Position numbers and translations under genes: made by a program. From NCBI RefSeq assembly GCF_009914755.1, contig NC_060940.1: a stretch of DNA of 64,000 bases; one strand, written 5' to 3'. The DNA comes from the human T2T-CHM13v2.0 reference genome, Homo sapiens. Under the pieces are notes generated by a model. That model was not told the DNA's origin and searched no databases. It was given only the letters and a program-made list of their open reading frames with translations. Numbering within the stretch: position 1 is the stretch's first letter; each line of letters starts with the position of its first letter. Shown here in pieces: positions 1 through 14,400 of this stretch.

Positions 1-3000
1 ATTGGATAATTCCTTTCAGTTCCCTTCGATGATTATTCTTTCGAGTCAATTCGATGATTCTATTCCATTCCCTTCGATGATGATTCCATTTCACTCCATT
101 TGATGATTCCATTCGACTCAATTTGGTGATGATTCAATTCGATGACATTCGATGACTCCATTCAATTTCATTTGATGATGATTACATTCGAGTCCATTTG
201 ATGATTGTATTCCTTTCCTTTTGATGATTATTCCATGCGTGTCTATTCAAAGGTTCCATTCTATTCCATTCAATGATGATTGCATTTGATTCCATTCAAT
301 GATTATGGCTATCGATTCCACTCGTTGATTCCATTTGATTCCGTTCGATGATTATTCCGTTAGATTCCATTAGAAGATTCCATTCGATTTTATTCAATGA
401 TTCCAATGGATTCCATTCAATGATGATTCCATTCGACTCCATTCAGTGATTCCATTCGAGTCCATTTGATGATTCCATTCTTTTCCATTTGATGATGATT
501 CCATTAGGGTCCATTCAATGATTCCATTCGAGTCCATTCGTTAATGCCTTTCGAGTCCTTTTGATCACTACATTCGAGTCCATTCAATGATTCTATTCGA
601 TTCCATTCCATGATGATTCCATTCGAGTTCATTCGATGATTGCATTCGAGTCCATTTGATGATTCCATATGATTCCATTCGACAATGATTCCATTCGTGT
701 CCATTTGATGATTCCATTCATTTCCTATCGATGAAGATTCCATTCAAGTGTATTCGATGATTCCATTCAAATCCATTCGATGATGATTCCATTCCAGTCC
801 ATTCGATCATTCCACTTGATTCCATTTGATGACTATTCCATTCAAATCCATTTGATGATTCCATTCGATTCCATTCGATGTTACCATTCGAGTATATACG
901 ATGATTCCACTCGATTCCATTTGATGATTATTCCATTGGAGTCCACTTAGTGAATCCTTTAGATTCTACTGGAAGATGATTCCATTCGAGTCCATTCGAT
1001 GATACCATTCAATTCCATTCGTTGATGCTTCCATTCAAGTGCATTCGATGATATCATTCGATTCCATTTGATGATAATTCCATTTGATTCCATGCGATGA
1101 TTCTATTCGATTCCATTCAATGATAATTCCATTCAATTCAGTGATTCCTCTGGACTCCATTTGATGATGATTCCATTCAATGATTCCATTCGATTCTATT
1201 CCAAAATGATTCCATTTGAATCCATTTGATGATGATTCCATTGGATTCCATTTGATGATTCCATTCGATTCCATTCGATGATGATTCCATTCGATTCCTT
1301 TTGATGAATCCATTCTATTGTATTCGATGATGATTCCATTCGATTCCATTCGATGATGATTGGATTCGATTCCATTTGATGATTTCATTTGATTCCATTC
1401 GATAAGGATTTCGATCAACTCCATTCAATGATTCCATTCGATTCCATTCGATAATGATTACATCCGAGTCCATTCGATGATTCCATTTGAGCCCGTTAGA
1501 TAATTCCATTTGAGTCCAATCAATGATTCCATTCATTTCCATTCAATGATTCCATTCGAGTCCATTTGATCATTCCGGTAGGGTCCGTTCGATGTTGATT
1601 CCATTGGAGTGCCTTCGATGATTCCATTCGAGTCCATTTTATGATTTGATTCGAGTCCTTTCGATGATTCCATTCGATTCCACTCGATGATTTCATTCGA
1701 GTCCATTCGACACTTCCAATCGATTCCATTTGATGTTTCCATTCGATTCCAATTGATGATTCCATTCAATTCCATTCGATGATGATTCCGTACGATTCCA
1801 TTCTGTGATGATTCCATGTGATTGCATTCAATGATGATTCCTTTCGATTGCATTCGATTATGATTCATTTCGTGTTCATTCTATGGTTCCACAGGTTTCC
1901 ATTCGATGATGTTTCCATTCGTGTCCATTCCATTATTCCATTCTATTCCATTTGAAGATGATTCCATTCGATTCCATTCATTGGTGATTCCACTCAATTC
2001 CATTCAATGATTCCATTCCATTTCTTTCAACAATGATTCCATTAGTTTCTATTCGATGATCCACTTGATTCCATTTGACGATGATTCCATTCATGTCCAT
2101 TCGATGATTCCATTTGATTCCATATGATGATGATTCCATTCGATTCCATACGATGATGATTCCATTCGAGTCCATTCAATGGTGATTCCATTCAATTCCA
2201 TTCGATGATTCCTTTCGATTCCATTCAATGATGATGGCATTCGATTCCTTTCGATCATTCCCTTTGATTCCATTCAAAGGTGATTTCATTCAAGTCCATT
2301 CGATAATTGCATTCGATTCCATTCTATGATGATTCCATTCGAGTCCATTTGATGATTCCATTCAATTCAAGTCAATGATGATTCCATTCGATTCCACTCG
2401 ATGATTCCATTGGATTCCATTCGATGATGATTCCATTCAAATCCATTCGATAATTCAATTCAAGTCCATTCGATGATGATTCCAATCGAATCCATTCAAA
2501 GATTCCACTCAATTCCATTCGATGATGATTCCCTTAGATTCCATTCGATGATTCCACTTGATTCCATTTACGATGATTCCATTCGATTCCACGTGATGAT
2601 TCCATTCAATTCTATTCAATGATGTTTCCACTTGATTCCATTCGAACATGATTGCCTTTGATTCCATTCAATGATTCCATACGGTTCCATTTGATGATGA
2701 TTCCATTCGAGTCCATTCGATGATTCCATTAGAGTACATTTAATGATTGCTTTGTTTTCAATTCGAAGATGATTACATTGGATTCCATTCTATGATACCA
2801 TTCGATTCCATTCAATGATGATTCCACTCAAATCCATTGGATGATTCCATTCGTGTCCATTCGGTGATTTCATTAGATTCCATTCGAGGATGATTCCATT
2901 CGATTCCATTCGATGATTCCATTCAATTCCATTCGATGATGATTCCATTCCAGTCCATATGATCATTCCATTTGATTTCATTCGATGATGATTCCATTCG

Positions 3001-6000
3001 ATTCCATTCGATGATTCCATTCAATTCCATTCTCCGATGATTTCTTTTGAGCCCATTCAATGCTTCCACTCGATTCCATATGATGATGACTCCATTTGAT
3101 GAAATTCCATGATGATTCCATTCGCTTGCATTCGATGATGATTCCACTTGAGTCCGTTAGAAGATTCTATTCAATTACATTCCATGACGATTCTGTTCGA
3201 GTCCATTTGATGATTCCATTAGACTCCATTCGACGATGATTCCATTCGATGTTATTCGATGATGATTCCATTCAACTCCATTCGATGTTTCCATTCGAGT
3301 TCATTCTATTATTCCATTAGATTCCATTCGATGATGATTCCATTCGATTCCATTTGATGATTGCATTCTATTTCATTTGATGATGATTCCATTCGAGTCC
3401 ATTCGATGATTCCATTCGAGTCCATTTAATGAATCCATTGGTTTCAATTCTATGATGATTACATTGGATTCCATTCGTTGATGATTTCATTCGATTCCAT
3501 TCAATGATGATTCCATTCAATTCCATTCAATGATTCCATTCAATTCCATACGATGATGATTCCATTTGATTTGATTCGACAGTGAGCCATTCGATTCAAT
3601 TCCATGATGATTCTATTTGATTCAATTGGTTGACATTTCCATTCGATTCCATTCGATGATGATTCCATTTGATTCCATTCAAACATGATTCCATTCTAGC
3701 CCATTCAATCATTCCATTCGATTCTATTCAATGATGATTCCATTCATGTCGATTTGGTGATTCCATTTGACTTCATTTGATGATGATTCCTTTCAAGTTC
3801 ATTAGATGATTCCATTCGATTCCATTTGATGATGATCCCATTCGAGTCCATTCAGTGATTCCACTCGTTTCCATTCCATGATGATTCCATTCCATTCCAT
3901 TCAATGATTCCATTCAATTCCGTTTGATGATGATTCCATTAGAGTCCATTTAATGATTCCATTTGATTCCAGTCTCTGATGTTTACATTCGAGTCCATAC
4001 GATGATTCCACTCAATTCCATATGATGATGATTCCATTCGATTCCATTCGATGATTCCATTCTATTCTATTCAATGGTGATTCCATTCGAGTACATTAGA
4101 TGATTCCATTCGATTCCATTCAATGATGATTCTACTTGTGTCCCTTAGATGATTCCACATGATTCCATTAGATGATGATACTATTTGAGCCCATCCAATG
4201 ATTCCCTTCGATTCCATTCGATGAGGATTCCATTCGATTCAATTCATTGGTGATTCTATTCAATTCAATTCTTTGATTCCATTCCATTCCATTCGACAAT
4301 GATTCCATTCGATTTCTTTCGATGATTCCACTCGATTTCACTTGACATTGATTCCATTCGATTCCATTCAATGATTCCATTTGATTCCAGTGGATGATTA
4401 TTGCCGTCGATTCCATTCGATCACTCCATTCTGTTCCATTTGATGATGATTACATTCGATTCCATTTGATGATTCCATCTGATTCTATTCGAGGATTCCA
4501 TTTGATTCCATTCGATGATGATTCCATTCGAGTCCATTCGATGGTTTCATTCGAGTACATCCAATGATTCCATTCGAGTCCATTTGATGATTCCATTTCA
4601 TTCCATTTGATTATGATTCTACTAGAGTCCATTCAATGACTCCATTCGAGTCCATTCAACAGTTCCATCCGAGTCCATTCGATGATTCCATTCGATTCCA
4701 TTTGATGATTCCATTCGAGTCCATTTAATCATTACAGTCGAGTCCATTTGGTGATTCCACTGGATTTCTTTTGATAATGATACCATTCAATTACATTTGA
4801 TGATGATCCCATTCAATTTCATTTGATGATGATTCCATTAGAGTCCATTCCATGATTTCATTCGAGTCCCTTCATTGATTCCATCCGATTTCATTTCATG
4901 ATGACTCCATTCGAGTCCATTCGATGATTCCACTCGATTCCTTTAGATGATTCCATTGGAGTCCATTTGATTGTTCCATTCGATTCCATTCGATTCCTTT
5001 CGAAGATTATTCCATTTGAGTCCATTCGATGATGATTCCATTCCATTCCATTCGATGATTCCGTTTGATTCCATTCGATGATTCCCTGCGATTCCTTTCT
5101 ATGATGATTCCATTCCATTCCATTCAATGATTCCATTCGAATCTATTCCATGATGATTCCTTTCGATTCCATTCGCTGATGTTTCCGTTCAATTCCATTC
5201 GATGATGATTCCATTCGATTCCATTCATTGAGGATTCCATTGGATTCCATTCAATGATGATTCCATTCTATTCCATTCAATGATTGCATTCAATTCCATT
5301 CAATGATTATGCCATTAGAGTAAATTCAACGATTCCATTCAATACCATTCGATGATGATTCCTTTTGAGTCCATTCAATGATTTCATTCAAGTCCATTTG
5401 ATGATTCCTTTCAATTCCATTCCATGATGATTCCATTCGAGTCCATTCGATGATTCCATTCGATTGCATTCGATGATTCCATTATATTCCATTCAACGAT
5501 GATTCCATTCGAGTCCATTCGATGATTCCATTAGAGTACATTTAATGATTGCTTTGTTTTCAATTCGAAGATGATTACATTGGATTCCATTCTATGATTC
5601 CATTCGATTGCATTCATTGATGATTCCACCCAATTCCATTCGATGATGATTCCATTCGATTTCAATGATTCTACTCGATTCCATTCAATGATGATTCAAT
5701 TCTATTCCGTTTGATGATTCCATTAGATTCCATTCTATGATGATTCCATTCGAGTCCATTCGAAGATTTCATTCGATTACATTCCATGACGATTCCATTC
5801 GAGTCCATTCGATGATTCCATTTGAATCCATTCGACGATGATTCCATTTGATGCTATCCGATGATTCCATTGGATTCCATTCGATGATGATTCCATTCGA
5901 CTTGATTTGATGTTTCTATTTGAGTCCATTCGGTTATTTTATTAGACTACATTCGATGATGATTCCATTCGATGCCATTCAATGATTCCATTTGATTCCA

Positions 6001-9000
6001 CTCAATGATGATTGCATTCGTGTCCATTCGATGATTCCATTTGGTTCCATTTGATGATGATTCCATTCGAGTCCATTCGATGATACCATTCAATTCCATT
6101 CGATGATCATTCCATTCGAATCCATTTGATGATTCCACTCAATTCCATTTGATGACTCCTTTCATTCCCATTCGATGATTCCCTTCAGTTCCAATTGGAT
6201 GATCTTTCCATTTGATTCAATATGGTGACTCCATTCTATTATATTCAATGATGATTCCATTCGACTCCATTAGATGATGACTCCATTCCATTCCATTCGA
6301 TTGTGATTTCATTCGATTCCATTCGAAGATGATTCCATTCGAGTCCATTTGATGATTCCATTCGATTCCATTCAATGATGATTCCACTCAAATCCATTGG
6401 ATGATTCCATTCGTTTCCAATTGGTGATTTCATTAGATTCCATTCGAGGATGATTCTATTCGAGTCCATTCAATGATTCCATTGGATTCCGTTTGATAAT
6501 GATTCCATTAGAGTTCATTCGATGATTCCCTTCGAGTCCATTCGATTATTTCTTTTGATTCCATTTGATGATGATTCCATTCGATTCCATTCAATGATTC
6601 CATTCCATTCCATTCGATGATGATTCCATTCGATAATGATTACATTCGAGCCCATGTGATGATTCCATTAGATTCTATTCAATGATGATTCCATTCGACC
6701 ACATTCGATGATGGCATTCGAGTCCATTCGATGATTTCACTCGATTCCACTTGATGATGATTCCTTTTGAGTCCATTTGATGATTACATTCGAGTCCATG
6801 AGATGACTCCATTCGATTCCATTTCATGATGATGCAATTCGAGGCTATTCGATCATCCCATTTTAGTGCATTCGGTGATTCTCTTTTATTACATTCGATG
6901 AGGGCTCCATTCGAGTCCATTCAATGATTCCATTAGATTCCACTCGATGATGATTCCATTTGAGTCCATTCAAAGATTCCTTTCGAGTCCATTCGATAAT
7001 TCTATTGGATTCCACTAGGTGATGATTCCTTTCGAGTCAATTCGATGATTCCTTTCAAGTGCCTTCAATGATTCCATTCGATTCCATTCGATGACGATTC
7101 ATTTCAAGTCCATTCAATGGTTCCATTCTGTTGAATTTGATGGTTCCATTTGATTCCATTCGATGATGATTCCATTCGTGTCCATTGGATGATTCCATTC
7201 GATTCCTTTCGAGGAAGATTCCATTCGACTCCATTCGATGATTCCGTTCGATTCCATTCCATGATGATTCCATTTGATTCCATTCCATGATTCCATTCGA
7301 TACCATTCGATGATGATTCCATTCGACTCCATTTGATGAATCCATTCAATGCTTCCATTCGAGTCCATTCGATGATTCCATTCGATTCCATTCCATGAAG
7401 ATTCCATTCGAGTACATTTGATGATTCCATTTAATTCCATAGGATGATGATTCTATTAGGGTCCGTTGACTATTCCATTCAATTCCATTCGAAGACTCCA
7501 TTCGAGTCCACTCGATGATTCTATTTGATTCCATTTGATAATTCCATTCGATTCCATTTGATGTTGATTCCATTCGAGTCCATTCGATCATTATTACATT
7601 TGATTCTATTCGATGATTCCATTCGATTCCATTTGATGAGGATTCCATTCGAGACCATTTGATGATTCCATTCAATTCCATTGGATGATTCCAATATTTT
7701 CCATTAGATGATGATTCCATTCGATTCCATTCAATGATGATTCCATCAGAATCCATTCGATGATGACTCCTTTTGCTTCCATTCAATGATCATTACATTC
7801 GGTTCCATTCGATGATGATTCCTTTGGATTCCATTCGATGATGCTTCCATTCGATTCCATTTGATGATGATTCTTTTCGATTCCATTTGATGATGATTCC
7901 ATTTGATTCCATTCGATGGTGATTCCATTTGATGATTCCATTCGATTGTATTCGATGATGATTCCACTCGATTCTATTTGATGATGACTGCATTCGATTC
8001 CATTTGATGATTCCATTTGATTCCATTCGATGATGATTCTGATCAATTGCATTCGATGATCCATTCGATTCCATTTGATGGTTCCATTTGATTCCATTTG
8101 ATAATGATTCCTTTCGAGTCCATTCGATGATTCCATTTGCGGATATTCGATAATTCCATTTGAGTCCAACCGATGATTCCATTCGAGGCCATTCAATCAT
8201 TCTTTTTGAGTCCTTTCGATAAAGATTCCATTTTAGTCCATTCAATAATTCCACTGGAGTCCATTCGATGATTGCTTTTAATTCCATTCGATGATATTCC
8301 ATTCGAGTCCATTCGATGATTCCATTCGTTGCTATTAGATGATGATTCCATTCATGACCATTTGGTGATTCCATTCGATTTCATTCGTTGATGATTCCAT
8401 TCGAGTCCATTCCATGATTCCATTCAAGTCCATTTGATGATTTCTTTGAATTCAATTCGATGATGATTCCATTCGAGTCCATTCGATGATTCCATTCAGT
8501 TCCATTCGATGATGATTCCTTTCGAGACCATATGATGATTCCATTTGATTTCATTCGATGATGATTCCATTCGATTCCATTCGATGATTCCATTCTATTC
8601 CATTCGATGATGATTCCATTCGAGTCCATTTAATGATTCCATTGGGTTCAATTCAATGATGATTACATTGGATTCTCTTCTATGATACCATTCAATTCCG
8701 TTCATTGACAATTTGATTCCATTCGATGATGATTCCATTTGAGTTCATTCGATGATTCTATTCGATTCTCTTCGATGGTGATTCAATTCTATTATATTGG
8801 ATGATTCCATTCGATTCCATTTGATGTTGATTCAATTCGATTCTATTCGATGATGATTCCATTGGATTTCATTTGATGATTCTATTCGATTCCATTCAAT
8901 GATGATTCACTTCTCGTCCATTGGATGATTCCATTTCATTCCATTCGATGATGATTCCATTCGATTCCATTCGATGATTCCATTTGATTCCATTCGACGG

Positions 9001-11428
9001 TGAGCAATTCGATTCAATTCCATGATGATTCTATTTGATTCAGTTAGATGATGTTTCCATTCGAATCCATTCCATGATTATTCCATTGGAATCCATTCGG
9101 CGATGATTCCATATGAGTCAATTCAATGATGCTTCCATATGGGTCAGTTCGATGATAATTCCATTTGATTTCATTCGATGCTTCTATTCAATTCCAGTCG
9201 ATGATGATTCCGTTGGAGTCCATACGATGACTCCATTTGATTTCATTTGATGATGATTCCATTCGATTCCATTCGATGACTCCATTCTGTTCCATTCGAT
9301 GATGATTCCATTCGAGTCCATTCGATGATTCCATTCGAGTCCATTTCATGATTCCATTGGGTTCAATTCGATGATGATTACACTGGATTCCATTCTATGA
9401 TTCCATTCAATTCCATTCGTTGATGATTCGATTCCATTCAATGATGATTCCATTTGAGTTCATTCGATGATTCTATTCGATTCCGTTCGATGGTGATTCA
9501 ATTCTATTATATTGGATGATTCCATTCGATTCCATTTGATGATGATTCCATTCGATTCCATTCGATGATGATTCCATTTGATTCCATTTGATGTTGATTC
9601 TATTCGATTCTATTCAATGATGATTCCATTCGATTTCATTTGATGATTCTATTCGATTCCTTTCGATGATTCTATTCCATTCCATTCGATGATGATTCAA
9701 TTCTCTTCCATTGGATGATTCCATTTTATTCCATTCGACGATGACTCCATTTGATTCCATTCAATGATGATTCCATTCGATTCCATTCGGTGATTCCATT
9801 TGATTCCATTCGACGGTGAGCAATTTGATTCAATTCCATAATGATTCTATTTGATTCAATTAGATGATGTTTCCATTCGAATCCATTCGGTGATGATTCC
9901 ATTGGTATCCATTCGACGATGATTCCATATGAGTCAATTCGATGATGATTCCATACGAGTCCGTTGGATGATAATTCCATTTGATTTCATTCATTCCTTC
10001 TATTCGATTCCACTTGATGATGATTCCATCTGAATCCATTCTCCGATTCCATTCGATTTCATTCGATGCTTCTATTTGATTTCATTCGAAGATGATTCCT
10101 TTCAATTCCGTTCATTAATTCCATTTGATTCCATTCGATGATGATTCCATCCGATTCCATTGGATGATGATTCCATTCGAGTCCATTCGATGATTCCGTT
10201 CTAATCCATTCTATGATTCCATTCGAGTCCATTCGATGATTCCATTCGATTCCATTCAGTGATGATTCCATTTGATTCCATCTGATGATGATTTCATTTG
10301 ATTCCATTCGATGATGATTCCATTGGAGTCCATTGAATGATTCAATTCAATTCCATTCCATGTGGATTCCATTCGAATTCATTCGATTATTCCATTCAAA
10401 TCCCTTCGTTGATTCCATCTGATTCCACTTGACGATGATTCCATTCAAGTCCAATCGATGATTCCATTCGGTTCCATTCAATGATTCCATTCGAGTCCAT
10501 TTATGTATTATATTCGTGTCCACTTGATGACTCACTCCATTCAATTCCATTTAATGATGATTCCATTTGATTCCATTTGATGATTCAGTTCGATTCCTTA
10601 CAATGATTCCCTACGATTCCTTTCTATGATGATTCCATTCGATTCCATTCATTGATGATTCCATTCGACTCCATTCGATGATGATTCCTTTCGATTCCAT
10701 TTGACGATGTTTCCATTTGAGTCCATTCGATGATGATTCAATTCAGTTCTGTTCTATTATGAATCCATTCGATTTCATTCAATGCTTCTATTTGATTCCA
10801 TTCGACGATGATTCCATCTCTTTCCCTTCGATGATTCCATTTGATTCCATTCAGTGATGATTCCATTTGATTCCATCTGATGATGATTTCACTTGATTCA
10901 TTTCAATGATGATTCCATTCAAGTCCATTCGATGATTCCATTGGAGTCCAAACGATCATTCCATTCGATTCCATTCAATGATGATTCCATTCATGTCCAT
11001 TCAATGAATCCTTTCAATTCCATTCGATGATGACTCCATTCGAGTACATTCGATGATTCCATTTGATTCCATCTGATGATGATTACATTCAATTCCATTC
11101 GAAGATGATTCCATTCAATTCCACTTGATGATGATTCCGTATGAATCCATTCGCTGATTATTCCATTCGATTCCATTCATTGACGATTCCATTCGATTCC
11201 ATTCAATGATGATTCTCTTCTATTGCATTCGATGATTCCGTTCGATTCCATTCGATGATGATTCCATTAGATTCCATTCGATTGTTGCATTCGATTCCCT
11301 TCGATGATGATTCCTTTGAATTCCATTCGATTATGATTCCGTATGAATCCATTTGATGATTATTCCATTGGATTCCTTTCGATGATGATTCCATTCGATT
11401 CCATTTGATGATGTTTCTCATGTATTCC
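1..11428 (+). repeat. Higher-order unit U1 (11,428 bp; diverged and rearranged first ~3.9 kb, standard thereafter)
   Basis: Position 1 ATTGGATAATTCCTTTCAG matches 11429 ATTTGATAATTCCTTTCAA. The offset to U2 drifts 11428>11451>11454>11438>11435>11631>11654 and is a constant 11824 from ~3940 on (ORFs 4168/15992, 7793/19617). The unit start is arbitrary, set by the window start. Confidence 0.88.
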
Positions 11429-14400
11429 ATTTGATAATTCCTTTCAATTCCCTTCGATGATGATTCTTTCGAGTCAATTCGATGATTCTATTCCATTCCC
11501 TTCGATGATGATTCCATTTCACTCCATTCGATGATTCCATTCGATTCAATTTGGTGATGATTCAATTCGATGACATTCGATGACTCCATTCAATTTCATT
11601 TGATGATGATTACATTCGAGTCCATTTGATGATTGTATTCCTTTCCTTTTGATGATTATTCCATTCGTGTCTATTCAAAGATTCCATTCTATTCCATTCA
11701 ACGATGATTCCAATTGATTCCATTCAATGATTATGGCTATCGATTCCACTCGTTGATTCCATTTGATTCCATTCGATGATTATTCCGTTAGATTCCATTA
11801 GGAGATTCCATTCGATTTTATTCAATGATTCCAATTGATTCCATTCAATGATGATTCCATTCGACTCCATTCAGTGATTCCATTTGAGTCCATTTGATGA
11901 TTCCATTCGAGTCCATTTGGTGATTCCATTCTTTTCCATTTGATGATGATTCCATTAGGGTCCATTCAATGATTCCATTCGAGTCCATTCGTTAATGCCT
12001 TTCGAGTCCTTTTGATCACTACATTCGAGTCCATTCAATGATTCTATTCGATTCCATTCCATGATGATTCCATTCGAGTTCATTCGATGATTGCATTCGA
12101 GTCCATTTGATGATTCCATAAGATTCCATTCGACAATGATTCCATTCGTGTCCATTTGATGATTCCATTCATTTCCTATCGATGAAGATTCCATTCGAGT
12201 GTATTCGATGATTCCATTCAAATCCATTCGATGATGATTCCATTCCAGTCCATTCGATCATTCCACTTGATTCCATTTGATGACTATTCCATTCAAATCC
12301 ATTTGATGATTCCATTCGATTCCATTCGATGTTACCATTCCAGTATATACGATGATTCCACTCGATTCCATTTGATGATTATTCCATTGGAGTCGACTTA
12401 GTGAATCCTTTAGATTCTACTCGAAGATGATTCCATTCGAGTCCATTCGATGATACCATTCAATTCCATTCGTTGATGCTTCCATTCAAGTGCATTCGAT
12501 GATATCATTCGATTCCATTTGATGATAATTCCATTTGATTCCATGTGATGATTCTATTCCATTCCATTCAATGATAATTCCATTCAATTCAGTGATTCCT
12601 CTGGACTCCATTTGATGATGATTCCATTCAATGATTCCATTCGATTCTATTCGAAAATGATTCCATTTGAATCCATTTGATGATGATTCCATTCGATTCC
12701 ATTTGATGATTCCATTCGATTCCATTCGACGATGATTCCATTCGATTCCATTTGATGATTCCATTCTATTCTATTCGATGATGATTCCATTCGATTCCAT
12801 TCGATGATGATTGGATTCGATTCCATTTGATGATTTCATTTGATTCAATTCGATGATGATTTCGATCAATTCCATTCGATGATTCCATTCGATTCCATTT
12901 GATAATGATTACATCCGAGTCCATTCGATGATTCCATTTGAGCCCGTTCGATAATTCCATTTGAGTCCAATCAATGATTCCATTCATTTCCATTCAATGA
13001 TTCCATTCGAGTCCATTTGATCATTCCGGTAGGGTCCGTTCGATGTTGATTCCATTGGAGTGCCTTCGATGATTCCATTCGAGTCCATTTTAGGATTTGA
13101 TTCGAGTCCTTTCGATGATTCCATTCGATTCCACTCGATGATGATTTCATTCGAGTCCATTCGACACTTCCAATCGATTCCATTTGATGTTTCCATTCGA
13201 GTCCAATTGATGATTCCATTCAATTCCATTCGATGATGATTCCGTACGATTCCATTCTGTGATGATTCCATGTGATTGCATTCAATGATGATTCCTTTCG
13301 ATTGCATTCGATTATGATTCATTTCGTGTTCATTCTATGGTTCCACAGGTTTCACATCGTGTCCATTCCATTATTCCATTCTATTCCATTTGATGATGAT
13401 TCCATTCGATTCCATTCATTGGTGATTCCACTCAATTCCATTCAATGATTCCATTCCATTTCTTTCAACAATGATTCCATTAGTTTCTAATCGATGATCC
13501 ACTTGATTCCATTTGACGATGATTCCATTCTTGTCCATTCGATGATTCCATTTGATTCCATATGATGATGATTCCATTCGATTCCACACGATGATTATTC
13601 CATTCGAGTCCATTCAATGGTGATTCCATTCAATTCCATTCGATGATTCCTTTCGATTCCATTTGATGATGATGGCATTCGATTCCTTTCAATCATTCCC
13701 TTTGATTCCACTCAAAGGTGATTTCATTCAAGTCCATTCGATAATTGCATTCGATTCCATTCTATGATGATTCCATTCGAGTCCATTTGATGATTCCATT
13801 CAATTCAAGTCAATGATGATTCCATTCGATTCCATTCGATGATTCCATTGGATTCCATTCGATGATGATTCCATTCAAATCCATTCGATAATTCAATTCA
13901 CGTCCATTCGATGATGATTCCAATCGAATCCATTCAAAGATTCCATTCAATTCCATTCGATGATTCCCTTAGATTCCATTCGATGATTCCACTTGATTCC
14001 ATTTACGATGATTCCATTCGATTCCATGTGATGATTCCATTCAATTCTATTCAATGATGTTTCCATTTGATTCCATTCGACCATGATTGCCTTTGATTCC
14101 ATTCAATGATTCCATTCGGTTCCGTTTGATGATGATTCCGTTCGATTCCATTTGATGATTCCATTTGATTCCATTGGATGAGTCCATTCGATTACATTCG
14201 ATGATTATTCCATTCGAGTGCATTAGATGATTCCATTCGAGTCCATTCGATGATTCCATTCGAGTCCATTCGATGATTCCATTCGATTCCATTCGATGTT
14301 GATTCTGTTCAAATCCATTCGATGATTCCACTCGATTCCATTCGATGACTCCATTTGATCCCATTCGATGATTTCCTTTGATTCCCTTTGATGATCATTC

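Noticed and set aside
7793-8374. Longest ORF (193 aa), identical in four units
   Set aside because: Its identity reflects recent DNA amplification, since the flanks are equally identical. It overlaps ORFs in other frames and is absent from the 6.1-kb form.
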